Source: an uncultured Pseudomonadota bacterium (GTDB taxonomy: Bacteria; Myxococcota_A; Polyangia; Fen-1088). From it: a stretch of DNA of 64,000 nucleotides. Positions 30,947 through 40,516 of the stretch are shown here, piece by piece; within the stretch, counting starts at the first letter, position 1; every line of letters starts with the position of its first letter. Under the pieces are notes generated by a model. It saw only the letters and a program-made list of their open reading frames with translations. It was not told where the DNA came from and searched no databases. A program made the translations under genes and the position numbers. The stretch covers positions 224,001-288,000 of the forward strand of contig CAWKBC010000021.1 of NCBI GenBank assembly GCA_963847705.1. Reading direction: 5' to 3'.

Positions 30947-31068
30947 GTGATGCGGGGGGCGGCGATGAAGGTGGTGCAGGAGCTGCTGGGGCACACCACG
31001 ATCGAGATGACGATGCGCTAAGCGCATCTCAGTCCTGACGTGCCCGGCAGGCGGCGAAGCTGCTCGAT
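30947..31068 (+). pseudogene. C-terminal remnant of a tyrosine recombinase/integrase
   Basis: MRGAAMKVVQELLGHTTIEMTMR*AHLSPD: box II LGH is intact, the catalytic Tyr codon is TAA (31019-31021), and a frameshift follows. Confidence 0.88.
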
Positions 31069-31092
31069 GGACTGGGCAGCTCTGCAGAGCCG

Positions 31093-31320
31093 TGGCGACA
31101 GGCTGGCGACAAAGCCAGAGTTGGTACTCAACTACTTAGAATTTATTGTGGAGGCGCCGGGAGTCGAACCCGGCATTTTGAAACCGAAAACCCCAATCTA
31201 CACGCCGACTTGCACAAGGGTTACGGCGGTTTCTGGGTTTTCGGAACGGGTCGGTTGGGGTCGGTTGAGAGCGGTAGAAATCGCTTAAATCCGGTTCATC
31301 GTGGCGACAGAATGGCGACA
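31093..31320. mobile_element. att-site remnant with paired TGGCGACA arm-type repeats flanking a tmRNA-like core
   Basis: TGGCGACA at 31093, 31104, 31302 and 31313 (11-bp period within each pair). Confidence 0.7.
31148..31173 (-). ncRNA. ssrA: 3'-end fragment of tmRNA (or tRNA-Ala-like gene), serving as att core; not a full gene
   Basis: Minus strand CCGGG-TTCGACT-CCCGG-CGCCTCCAC is a T-arm plus a 3' acceptor strand compatible with a G3:U70 pair; no 5' half found. Confidence 0.7.
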
Positions 31321-31511
31321 ACGCCCAGTCGCGACTTCCGCCACCCGGCAAGCCTCGGCAAGCCCAAAGGGTAGCCTGCGCGGACACCCTTTGATCCTGA
31401 CGATGATCTGGATCAGGTCGCAGAGCGAAGCCGACGAGCAGGCGACCTTCCCTGGCAAGGTCCACAACCGCAGATCGGCGTGGCACGTCGTCCATCCTTC
31501 GCGACGATGTT

Positions 31512-31917
31512 CTTCTGCTGCATCTGCTTTATGAAGATCACCCCGGTGTTGTTCTTGGCGGTGGCGGCGGTCAGCTTGCGCAGCGCCTGGCTCATGAGCC
31601 GCGCCTGCAACCCCATGTGCGCGTCCCCCATCTCCCCCTCGATCTCCGCCTTCGGGGACCAACGCCGCGACGGAGTCGATCACGATCAGATCGACCGCGC
31701 CGGTGGCGACCAGCTTGTCGGCGATCTCCAGCGCCTGCTCGCCGTGGTCGGGCTGCGACACCAGCAGCTCCTCGGTGCGGACGCCCAGCTTGCGGGCGTA
31801 GCCGACGTCCAGCGCGTGCTCGGCGTCGATGAAGGCGCAGACGCCACCGGCGCGCTGGGCCTGGGCGATCGCCTGCAGCGTCAGCGTGGTCTTCCCCGAT
31901 GACTCGGGGCCGTAGAT
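31512..31917 (-). pseudogene. recA: Internal recA fragment, truncated at both ends and frameshifted
   Basis: [43 protein letters not shown] / frameshift ~31655 / [27 protein letters not shown]. Confidence 0.93.
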
Positions 31918-31943
31918 AGGCTGCGGGGCTGACCGAACCGCGA

Positions 31944-33524
31944 TCAGGCGCGCGCGAAGACGCGGTTCAGGGCGCCCATCAGGATCTCCATCTCGACGGG
32001 CTTCGTCAGGTGTTGGTCGAACCCGGCCGCCTGGCTCGCCAGGATGTCTGCCTCTGTACCGTAGCCGCTGAGCGCGATGGCCTTCAACGGGCGCTTCGAC
32101 TTCAGCTTCCTGAGCAGGAGACGGCCGTCGAGATCTGGGAGCCCGATGTCGCTAATGATCACCCGAACGTCGTCCAGCTCCGTCGCCAGTGCCGCGTTGG
32201 CGGTGGCCGCGAGCTTAACCCGGTAGCCCTGCGACTCCAGGACGGACGACAGCGCTTCCGCCAGGTCCGGCTCGTCCTCGACGATCAGGATCTCCCCGGT
32301 CGGCAGCCGCCGCGGCGAACGTTTGGGTGGAATGCGTACTAGGTGCTTGTGCGGAGCATCCTCGGCGGCCGGGGCCGGTAGCGCCGCGAGATTGACGAGG
32401 AAGCGGGCGCCCCTGCCAGGGCCCGCGCTGTGCGCCGTGATCGTCCCACCGTGCAACTCGATCATTCCCCGCGAAATCGCCAACCCAAGTCCCAGCCCGC
32501 CCGCTGCAGCGCCAGCCGAAGATGCCTGCTCGAAGCTCTCGAAGATCCGCGCAAGCGACTGCGGTTCGATCCCGATCCCGTCGTCGCTGACCTCCACGAT
32601 CACGGAGTGTCCATTGTTCCAGGAGCGCAAGGTGACGTGGCCGTTCTCCGGAGTGAACTTCAACGCGTTCTTCACCAAGTTGACGAAAACCTGCCGCAGG
32701 CGGGCGGGATCGCCATTCACCCGATGCCGAATCGCCTCCAGCGCGACGGTGACCGACAGGCGCCGGGCAACCGCCTCGGCCATCAGCATCTCCGACGCCT
32801 CCCGTACCACCGCGTGGATGTCGGTGATCTCGCGGTGCAAAGTGATCTTCCCACTCGCGATCCGGCTGACATCCAGCAGATCGTCGATGAGACGGGCCTC
32901 GCGCAAGACATTCCGTTTGATGATCTCGCAGAGCCTCGCAACGTTTCTACCCGAGCGCACCTCGTTCTCGAGACTGGAGATCGCGGCCAGCACAGGTGCC
33001 AGCGGGGCACGGAGCTCGTGGCTCAAGGTAGCGATGAATCGATCCTTTGCAGCGCTCACGTTCCGCGCTGCACGTTCTGCCTCCTCGAGACGAGCGTGTT
33101 CGCTCTCGGCACGCCTCTGGGCGCCAATGTCGAACAGCACCATCCAGAACGGGCCTTCGGCAGCGTTGGTTCGCCGGGTCTCCAGGCGAGCATGGAGCTG
33201 ATCACCGCGCCTCGGCTGGAGCCGCAGCTCGCTGATAGCCACGCCGTCGGAGGCTACCCGCGACAGGTGGGCGGAGAGTGCTCCCCGATCGGACTGCATC
33301 ACCCAGGACCGCAAGGGCAGCCCCATCGCCCCAGACGGATCGACACCCAACAGTGCGCCGGCCTTGACGTTGAGGGCCCTGACGACACCTTGGTGATCGA
33401 CCATGGCGTAAGCGACGGGCGCTTCGTCGAACAGTTCGGACCGGGTCGCCGGGGCCTTCGCCCGGCCTTGCTGTCCGGCTCGAGGCGCCTTCCCGCGACC
33501 TTGGAAAGATCGTGCGCTAACCAT
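31944..33524 (-). CDS. PAS-domain hybrid histidine kinase (PAS-HisKA-HATPase-REC)
   Basis: [12 protein letters not shown] start; LSHELRAPL; NALKFT, DDGIG, GLGLGL; SDIGLP, LTKP; overlaps the upstream cheB/cheR gene. Confidence 0.92.
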   Translation of the reverse strand: MVSARSFQGRGKAPRAGQQGRAKAPATRSELFDEAPVAYAMVDHQGVVRALNVKAGALLGVDPSGAMGLPLRSWVMQSDRGALSAHLSRVASDGVAISELRLQPRRGDQLHARLETRRTNAAEGPFWMVLFDIGAQRRAESEHARLEEAERAARNVSAAKDRFIATLSHELRAPLAPVLAAISSLENEVRSGRNVARLCEIIKRNVLREARLIDDLLDVSRIASGKITLHREITDIHAVVREASEMLMAEAVARRLSVTVALEAIRHRVNGDPARLRQVFVNLVKNALKFTPENGHVTLRSWNNGHSVIVEVSDDGIGIEPQSLARIFESFEQASSAGAAAGGLGLGLAISRGMIELHGGTITAHSAGPGRGARFLVNLAALPAPAAEDAPHKHLVRIPPKRSPRRLPTGEILIVEDEPDLAEALSSVLESQGYRVKLAATANAALATELDDVRVIISDIGLPDLDGRLLLRKLKSKRPLKAIALSGYGTEADILASQAAGFDQHLTKPVEMEILMGALNRVFARA

Positions 33525-36489
33525 TGCTCGCCCCCTCCTTCCCCCGGACCATAAGTACTAAAAGGTTCCCACCGCCATCTTCAGACTCGATTCGTCTGAC
33601 CCGAAGCGTGGTCTGGCTTCCTCCGCCTCGGCCCGGTCCGGCCTCGCCGAGGGTAAACTCGGCGGTCGGTTTGCGTGTAGTCACAATGTCCTTGAGCTTT
33701 CGCGCGAGGTCACCGTCCCTCGTGCTCCCCAAGGTCCCGAGACCGCGCATCTTCGCCTTCCCCGGCGATACGCCAAAGGCTTTCTGGAAGGCGGGGTTGG
33801 TCCGCATGATCCGGAGTCGATCGTCGAGCAATGCGATCGGCTCGACCGTGTCGTCGAAGATCGCCTCGCTGAGCTTGCGCCCCACCTTGGCCGTGGAGAG
33901 GTCGATGAGGGTGAGGACCGCGCCGTCGATCCGGTTATCCACGCTCTTATAGGGGCGGATGCGGAGCGCGTACACGTTGCCTTGTTGGTCGGTGACCTCC
34001 CGCTCCTGTACCGTCACCGTTTCAATGGCGTCGGCGATCAGCTCTTCCAAGTTGGGACACTGAATATTGGGCTTGATGTGCGCGATTGGTCGCCCGAGAT
34101 CACCGGGGATGAGGTTCAGCATCTTCTCGGCGGCGGGGGTGAAGCGCCGGATGCGCAGATCCGTCGTGACCATCACGATGGCAATGTGAATGCTGGCCAA
34201 GAGATTGGTGAGGTCTCCGTTTGCTCGCGAGAGCTCATCGTTGCGCGAACGTAGCTCATCGTTGAGTGTGTTGAGCTCTTCGTTGGTCGATTGCAGCTCC
34301 TCCCGGGCGGTGTCAAGCTCTTCATTGGTGGATTGTAATTCCTCATTGCTGGAAAGGATCTCCTCGTTGGCCGACTGTAGCTCTTCGTTCGCACCCTCCA
34401 AATCTTCGATAATCGACTGCAGATATTCCCGGTTGGCCACCAGCTCGGTTTCAAGCTGCTTAATCGTGTCGGACGAGTTAGCCGTGGCAGACCGCGTGAC
34501 CGCCTTGCTACCCCGTGTCGTTCGCGAGCCGACCCTTCCGCGGGAGAGCGCCGGTTCCTCGAAGAGCACTAGGAAGCGTCGGTCACTGCCGGTCCCGATT
34601 GGCGTGATGTCGACGTTCACCAGGTATGTCGAGCCATCCGAACGAACGTGCAGTTTCTCTTTGCGAACGCGCGTGTTCCGGGTGCGCGCTTCGCGCAGCG
34701 CGGTTCGCAAAGCGTAGAGCAGCCCTTCGCGCACCATTTTCAAGAGCTCGAGCTTCGCCTCGCCGCTCGACAGCTCCAGGTAACGGCCAGTGCGTCCGCG
34801 CGTCCGAATAATGTGAAACTCGTTGTCCACAAGTACCCCCGGCGGACCGTAGCGATCGAGGATCAGCCGGTTCACCTCCGAGCCGGCGCCTTCCTCGCGG
34901 TTGGCCGGGGTGACTCGAGCCGATCGGGGCCGTTCGGGAAGGGAGAGCGCGGGGACCGCTGCCCCGAAGTCCAGGTGACCGGTCAAGACCGCCGGCTTCT
35001 TGGCGTAGATCTTCTGCTTCTTGTCGACGAGCGAGAAGAGATCGGCGTGCGCGCTGGTGGTCTCGGATCGGCCCAGCATCAGGAATCCCGTCGGCCTGAG
35101 TCCATAGTGAAAAACCGTCATGACCTTCCGCTGCAACGGATAGCCGAGGTAGATCAAAAGATTGCGACAAACAATCAGGTCGAGCTTCGAGAAGGGCGGA
35201 TCTCGCGTGAGGTCCTGGCGCGAGAACACACAATGCTCGCGGAGGCTCTTGTTGATCCGGATTTTGCCTTCTGCGGGGGTGAAGAAATGGCGCAGGCGCG
35301 AGGAACCGATGTCCGGTCCGGCCGACTCGAGGTAGAGGCCTGCTCGTGCCCGATCGATCATGCGCTGGCTGACGTCAGTGCCGAAGATCTGGAACTGGAC
35401 GTTGTCGGAGCGTTGGCCGAGGAACTCGGAAAGCCCGATGGCCAGCGAATAGACCTCCTCTCCCGACGAACACCCGGGGACCCAGACGCGGATCGGGCCG
35501 TCCCCCTCACGCGCTTCGAGGATTTTTGGAAAGAAGTCCTCTTGCAGCGCCTCGAACGCCTCGGGCTCGCGAAAGAAGCTGGTGACGTGAATGAGCAGAT
35601 CTTCGTACAGCTCCTCGGCCTCCCGTGGCTGCTTGTGCAGAAGGCTGATATAGCTTTCTAGATCGACGAGCCGATGGAGCGCCATCCGCCGCTGAATGCG
35701 CCGCAGGATGGTGGGGAGTTTGTAGTGGGTGAAGTCGACGCCGGAGGTCTTGCGCAGGATCTGAAAGAGCTGCCGCACGCTGGCTGGCGGCTGGTCGTCC
35801 TCCGGCACTACCGGTGGGCCGGAGCCAAGTAGAAAAGGATGGGTGCAGAGGCGAATTAGCTCGGCCCGTATGCGCTCGACGGGCAGTACGGCATCGGTGG
35901 CGCCAGCCGCGATCGCAGCGCGTGGCATGCTGTCGAACTTGGCCTCGGTCGGCTCCTGGACGAAGGTGATTCCTCCAGCGGCTTTCACCTCGGCCAGCCC
36001 GAGCGCGCCGTCCGACGCAGTCCCAGAAAGGACGATCGCGATGGCGCGCTCCTGAAAGTGGGCCGCCAGGGACTTGAAGAAGTAGTCGATCGGGGTGTAC
36101 TGGGTCTTGTCCTTCGGCCTCTCCTCGACCTGGAGCCTGCCATCCGCGATTCCCATTCGCGCGTCGGGCGGGATAACGTAGACGTGCGCCGGCTCGATCT
36201 CCATGCCGTCGTGGGCCTGAATGATGGGGAGCGCGCTGGCCGTCCCCAAGATCTCGGCCAGGTGGCTCTCGTGCGTTGGCGAGAGGTGCTGGACGAGGAC
36301 CAAAGCCAGCCGAGTTCCCGCTGGGATTGTTTTCAGTAACTTGGAGAACGCTTCGAGGCCGCCAGCCGAAGCCCCTACGCCGACGACGGGAAAGGGAGAC
36401 CGGTCCATGACCTTCTTGCCCCGGACGCGACCGCGACTCTTGGGGAACGAACCGCGATCCGACTTTCTGCGCGCGACGGGCAGTTTCAT
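33517..36489 (-). CDS. CheB methylesterase-CheR methyltransferase fusion with PAS domains and coiled coil
   Basis: GASAGG, VQH, SGTASDG (CheB triad); TSFFRE, WVPGCSSGEEVYS, CRNLLIY (CheR); EELQSxNEE heptads; C-terminal PAS folds. Confidence 0.93.
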   Translation of the reverse strand: MKLPVARRKSDRGSFPKSRGRVRGKKVMDRSPFPVVGVGASAGGLEAFSKLLKTIPAGTRLALVLVQHLSPTHESHLAEILGTASALPIIQAHDGMEIEPAHVYVIPPDARMGIADGRLQVEERPKDKTQYTPIDYFFKSLAAHFQERAIAIVLSGTASDGALGLAEVKAAGGITFVQEPTEAKFDSMPRAAIAAGATDAVLPVERIRAELIRLCTHPFLLGSGPPVVPEDDQPPASVRQLFQILRKTSGVDFTHYKLPTILRRIQRRMALHRLVDLESYISLLHKQPREAEELYEDLLIHVTSFFREPEAFEALQEDFFPKILEAREGDGPIRVWVPGCSSGEEVYSLAIGLSEFLGQRSDNVQFQIFGTDVSQRMIDRARAGLYLESAGPDIGSSRLRHFFTPAEGKIRINKSLREHCVFSRQDLTRDPPFSKLDLIVCRNLLIYLGYPLQRKVMTVFHYGLRPTGFLMLGRSETTSAHADLFSLVDKKQKIYAKKPAVLTGHLDFGAAVPALSLPERPRSARVTPANREEGAGSEVNRLILDRYGPPGVLVDNEFHIIRTRGRTGRYLELSSGEAKLELLKMVREGLLYALRTALREARTRNTRVRKEKLHVRSDGSTYLVNVDITPIGTGSDRRFLVLFEEPALSRGRVGSRTTRGSKAVTRSATANSSDTIKQLETELVANREYLQSIIEDLEGANEELQSANEEILSSNEELQSTNEELDTAREELQSTNEELNTLNDELRSRNDELSRANGDLTNLLASIHIAIVMVTTDLRIRRFTPAAEKMLNLIPGDLGRPIAHIKPNIQCPNLEELIADAIETVTVQEREVTDQQGNVYALRIRPYKSVDNRIDGAVLTLIDLSTAKVGRKLSEAIFDDTVEPIALLDDRLRIMRTNPAFQKAFGVSPGKAKMRGLGTLGSTRDGDLARKLKDIVTTRKPTAEFTLGEAGPGRGGGSQTTLRVRRIESEDGGGNLLVLMVRGKEGASNG

Positions 36490-36597
36490 ATTCCGAACAA
36501 CCTAGATGCTCGTCCCGTCCTTGTCGTTCTGGAAACCGTCCTTACCGTAACGTACAAGATTGAGGAAACAACTGAAAAATAAGCCATCGCGACAATC

Positions 36598-37260
36598 ATG
36601 AAACGACTTAGGCGCTCGGCGCTGCTGTCGAGACAGATGAAAGCACTTGCGGAGAGGGGGGCGACCGGCGCCGCGTTGCGGATGTTCGTGCACGACATCC
36701 TCAACCCCATCGCCACTATCCGCTTCACAGCTAGCGCGCTTCGCATGAGCAAGACGTTGACAGACCGTGAGCTAGCTGACGTTCGGCGGATGGAGGAGGC
36801 GGGCGGAATGGTCGCCAAGATGATCGCGCCCCTGGCAGTGGAGGCGGACCTGGCGATGAGGGGCGTTCCCGAGCGGCAGCTCCTGGATCTCCATGTCCTG
36901 TGTTGCGAGCTCGCCGAACAGTATGGCCCCCAGGGCCATGCGATTTACTGTCGTGCATTCGGTGATCCCCGAGGTACGTGGGATCGCGCCCAAATCACCC
37001 GCGTGGTATCCGAACTGCTCCGCTTGACCCTCTCGAATCTCGGCAAGAGATCGTCCCTGAACATCATCGTGACCGGTCTCCGCCGCCATGTCCGTCTCGA
37101 CCTGCACGGTCTCGGCTGCTTGACCGAGAAGAAGCGGCGGGATTGTCTGGAAGAGCCGTCGCGAATCCTGAGCCAGTCGGGCAGTTCCATCGGGGCGACC
37201 ATCACGGCGACGGTCTCCACCACAGGCGGGACGATCCTTACGTTGCGGCTACCGAAGTAG
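36598..37260 (+). CDS. Degenerate histidine-kinase-like protein (H-box kept, ATP-binding boxes lost)
   Basis: FVHDILNPIATI H-box; GDPRGTWD..ITRVVSEL lacks the N-box Asn; no DxGxG or GxGL; ends GTILTLRLP. Confidence 0.65.
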   Translation: MKRLRRSALLSRQMKALAERGATGAALRMFVHDILNPIATIRFTASALRMSKTLTDRELADVRRMEEAGGMVAKMIAPLAVEADLAMRGVPERQLLDLHVLCCELAEQYGPQGHAIYCRAFGDPRGTWDRAQITRVVSELLRLTLSNLGKRSSLNIIVTGLRRHVRLDLHGLGCLTEKKRRDCLEEPSRILSQSGSSIGATITATVSTTGGTILTLRLPK

Positions 37261-37713
37261 AACCCCGGCCATGTCGCGCTCGTGGGTGGCGCCTTACGTG
37301 CCTACCTTGCCACCGTGGCCGGACCTGGACGATGTCGATTAGGAAGCGAAGGAGGGCGATCGCGGCCGCACCGAGGTCCACGCATGCAACCGCCCGACGG
37401 TGCCAGGGCTCTTGCCGCCACCCCCGGCCGCCCAACGGCACCCGCACCATAAACCCCCTATTTTCGGCGGTCTCCATCGTCGCTACGGTTTTGCTGTCAC
37501 TGCGCGGGCCGCGCCGTCGGAGAATATCCTGGCGGCAGGAGTGGAGGATGGAGTTATTGCCCCCCAACACCCGCTATCGACGAGACGGCCGAGGCTCGAC
37601 GAGGAATGGCGGGTATCGACCTGAGTTGACCGCGGTATCCTGGCCAAGATCAGGTTGAGGACATTCGCGGCCCACTCCCTGTTTTCGAGAGACGTGCGAC
37701 TCCGCGAGGTTGA

Positions 37714-38139
37714 CTACCTTCGAGCGAGCCCCTGCTGCGTGAGAGCCACAGCCTCGCCCGGAGCAAATGGCGCGACATTAGCGTACGTGAACATGCCAAA
37801 GGTCCCATCGTCGAACCGCACCAGCACCTGATAATCACGGTGCTCGTAGGAGCCCTGGCTGGCGGCGGCGCCCACCGCGGCACCAGCCGCGGCCCCGAAG
37901 AGTCTCGAGGGACCCCGACCTCCGAAGAGGATTCCACCGAGCAGTCCACCGAGTAAGGCGCCACCTGCAGGATTTCCTTCGACGTGGTGGACGACTTCCT
38001 GAACGGACTCGACTCTCCCGGTCCGCGGCGCACCACCGACTGATGGCTGGTCGGTCCAGGTCGTGGTCGTGGCGCACGCCAAGCCCACCGCGGCCAGTAA
38101 AGCGGTCGCCGTCACCGCGGCTCGCGATTCGCGCTTCAT
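37714..38139 (-). CDS. Glycine-zipper 2TM lipoprotein (SlyB/Pcp-like)
   Basis: Lipobox GLAC; GRVESV; GALLGGLLGG...GAAAGAAVG; YQVLVRFDDG. Confidence 0.85.
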   Translation of the reverse strand: MKRESRAAVTATALLAAVGLACATTTTWTDQPSVGGAPRTGRVESVQEVVHHVEGNPAGGALLGGLLGGILFGGRGPSRLFGAAAGAAVGAAASQGSYEHRDYQVLVRFDDGTFGMFTYANVAPFAPGEAVALTQQGLARR

Positions 38140-38363
38140 GGCGTCTGGCTAGAAGGCGAGCCCGCCTTTTGCGTCCCGGCATTGGGCTCGGCCATCGCGG
38201 CGGCACTTCGCGAGATCTGCCGGCCCCGGAACGCGACGAACACTACCACAATCAGCGCGGCGACCAAGACCAGGGCCGCGATCGTGACCTCCACTCGCTT
38301 GCCACGGCCGCGATGGATGCTCTTTTCGAACTTCTTGTCGGATTGGTCCTCGTCCGTTTCCAT
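38136..38363 (-). CDS. Small single-TM hypothetical protein
   Basis: One hydrophobic span (VTIAALVLVAALIVVVFVAF); stop overlaps the next ATG. Confidence 0.55.
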   Translation of the reverse strand: METDEDQSDKKFEKSIHRGRGKRVEVTIAALVLVAALIVVVFVAFRGRQISRSAAAMAEPNAGTQKAGSPSSQTP

Positions 38364-38448
38364 GGTCAACTCTACGCCGTCAATTGTGGTCTCGCCAATG
38401 AAGGTCGAGTCGAGCAAAGACTGAGCGTGTCGCCGATCACGCCGTCGT

Positions 38449-38664
38449 TCATGGGGTTGAGCCTGAGGTGAGCGCCGAGTATTTGTCCTCGAACATCAAA
38501 TCGGGCGCGGACGGCAGGTCGTCCTGAAGAGCGCTTGGCTCCACCACGATCGATAGTTTCTTCATGTCGAAGCCGGCGCGCTGGAGGGCTCGAATGGCGG
38601 CTTCGGCGTCCGTATGCCGCTCGAATACCGCCACGCAGCTCCCTTCGTTCACGTTCTCGGCCAT
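38449..38664 (-). pseudogene. Truncated general stress protein (YflT/17M-like N-terminus)
   Basis: GAGGAG RBS; VAVFERHTDAEAAIRALQRAGFDMKKLSIV, after which similarity stops. Confidence 0.65.
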
Positions 38665-39119
38665 CGTTTTCTCCTCGGAGCCGACACTGAGGCCGATCCT
38701 GGCCTCGTCAATCGACGAATTGGTCAAGTGTCTCAGCGCCCTGCCGTGCAGGAGGTCACTGCGCCGGCAATCGTCGGCGGCCGATTTCCAGCCCGGGAGC
38801 GCGACGCTCTCGCGCGACTGGACCACACACGGTGGGTACCAACGGCCCCGGCGGCGGTGAGAATCCGCCGATGGTCAGACGTGCCGATCAAGACCGGCCT
38901 GCCGCGGCACGGGGCGAGATTGAGCTCTGGTAACCGCGTCGCGTCCCAAACCCGCCCAAGAGCGCCGTTTTCACGGCGATCACAAGCTCGACGGCAGGCG
39001 ATGAAGACGGGCGGCGAAGAAATTAGACGAGCGTTGACCGAGTGGCTCGCCGTCGCATGTTGAATGCAGGGCGTCCCGCCGACGAAACGCGGACGGCCGA
39101 GAAAGGGGCGAACGCAGCC

Positions 39120-39389
39120 ATGTACTACTGGTGGGGAATGAGCTTCATCTGGTGGATCTTCTGGATCGCTTTGATCGGGATCTTCTTTTCTCTGGCCACG
39201 CCCGTCCGGCGCGGCAACGCCCGGGCTTATGACGACCCCTTGTCGATCCTTCGGCACCGCTACGCCGCGGGCGAGATCACGACAGAGGAATACGAGGACC
39301 GAAAGTTGCGACTGAAACAGGACATGCGCGACCAGATCTCCGGTACCTCTCGGCAACCACCGCGGATCGACCGGCACCAACCGGCCTGA
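39120..39389 (+). CDS. SHOCT domain membrane protein
   Basis: Trp-rich TM segment, then PLSILRHRYAAGEITTEEYEDRK. Confidence 0.88.
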   Translation: MYYWWGMSFIWWIFWIALIGIFFSLATPVRRGNARAYDDPLSILRHRYAAGEITTEEYEDRKLRLKQDMRDQISGTSRQPPRIDRHQPA

Positions 39390-39946
39390 TTGGTGTGACT
39401 CTCTGCGAAGTCCGCAGGGGAATTGAGGCCGCCACAGGACCGCCGGCTGCACCGGCGCACCGGACCACCTGTACGAAACCTCATTGTGGCGGTTGGATCA
39501 CTGAGACCGACCTATACGTGTCGGCCGTCCCCGCCGCAAGCGACGGGAGCTCTGGAGAGGGCGTTCACGTCGCGAGCTGACGTCCGTCCGCAATTCTTGC
39601 GGGCGGCTCCTTGTGAGACGCAGCGCCTGGCGTCAGGGCGCGCGGTAGAGTCCCTCATCTATCCAGCATCTTCTCGCCGGCCGCCTCGCTCGACGCGTGC
39701 ATGCGCTGGATCGCAGAGAGGCAACCCCTGAGCGCTCGAACGTCAAGCGCTCAGTCAACACATCGATCTCTTGCTCGCGCTTCCTCAGAGCCTCATCACT
39801 TGTACCCAGCGCGGGCACAGATCGCGTAAGTGGAAGCCGTCCGGTCGAGCTGACAAAGAAACCCGAGCTCGAGCACGCGCGGGGGGGGCGGGCGGTGGCG
39901 CTTGGCGTCCTGATGAGCAAGGTCAATGGACCAAATGGGGGTGAGA

Positions 39947-40465
39947 ATGAAGAATGATGCTGCAACCGGGCGGGCTCGGCTCTCCGAGATCATGACGAAG
40001 TTCAGCACCGCCATGCTTGTTACGCGCGCCTTGGACGGTCAGTTGCGCGCCCGACCACTCAGCTTCGCCGGCGAGCACGACGGGCTGCTTTGCTTCTCGA
40101 CCAGCGCCGAGTCACCGAAGGTCGACGAGCTGGGCGACGACCCGCGCGTGGCCGTCACGATGCAGGATGACGCTCACTACGTGTCCGTCTCAGGGACGGC
40201 CGAGCTGAGCGACGACCCGGCGCTGATCGAACAGTTCTGGCGCGAGCCCTGGCGCGTGTGGTTTCCGGAGGGAAAGCGCGACCCTTCGCTTCGCATCCTG
40301 CGGATCACCCCGACGCTGGCGGAGTACTGGGACCAAAGCGGCGCGCGAGGGATCAAGTACCTCATCGAGATGGCGAAGGCCTATGCGACGGGCACGAAGC
40401 CGGATTCGGGCGCCTCGAGCGACGACGTGAAGGTGACTCTCGACCACCCCGGCACCCGGGGATAA
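39947..40465 (+). CDS. Pyridoxamine 5'-phosphate oxidase-like / general stress protein 26 family
   Basis: TAMLVT..DGQLRARP, SPKVDEL, YVSVSG, WFPEGKRDP, AEYWD. Confidence 0.88.
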   Translation: MKNDAATGRARLSEIMTKFSTAMLVTRALDGQLRARPLSFAGEHDGLLCFSTSAESPKVDELGDDPRVAVTMQDDAHYVSVSGTAELSDDPALIEQFWREPWRVWFPEGKRDPSLRILRITPTLAEYWDQSGARGIKYLIEMAKAYATGTKPDSGASSDDVKVTLDHPGTRG

Positions 40466-40516
40466 CGAAAACGCGATCTCAGTCACCAGTGGAGACGGAT
40501 TGCATCGGAGACCGCC

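Noticed and set aside
31148-31173. Complete tRNA or tmRNA gene
   Set aside because: Only the T-arm and 3' acceptor strand are present; no matching 5' end or full CCA.
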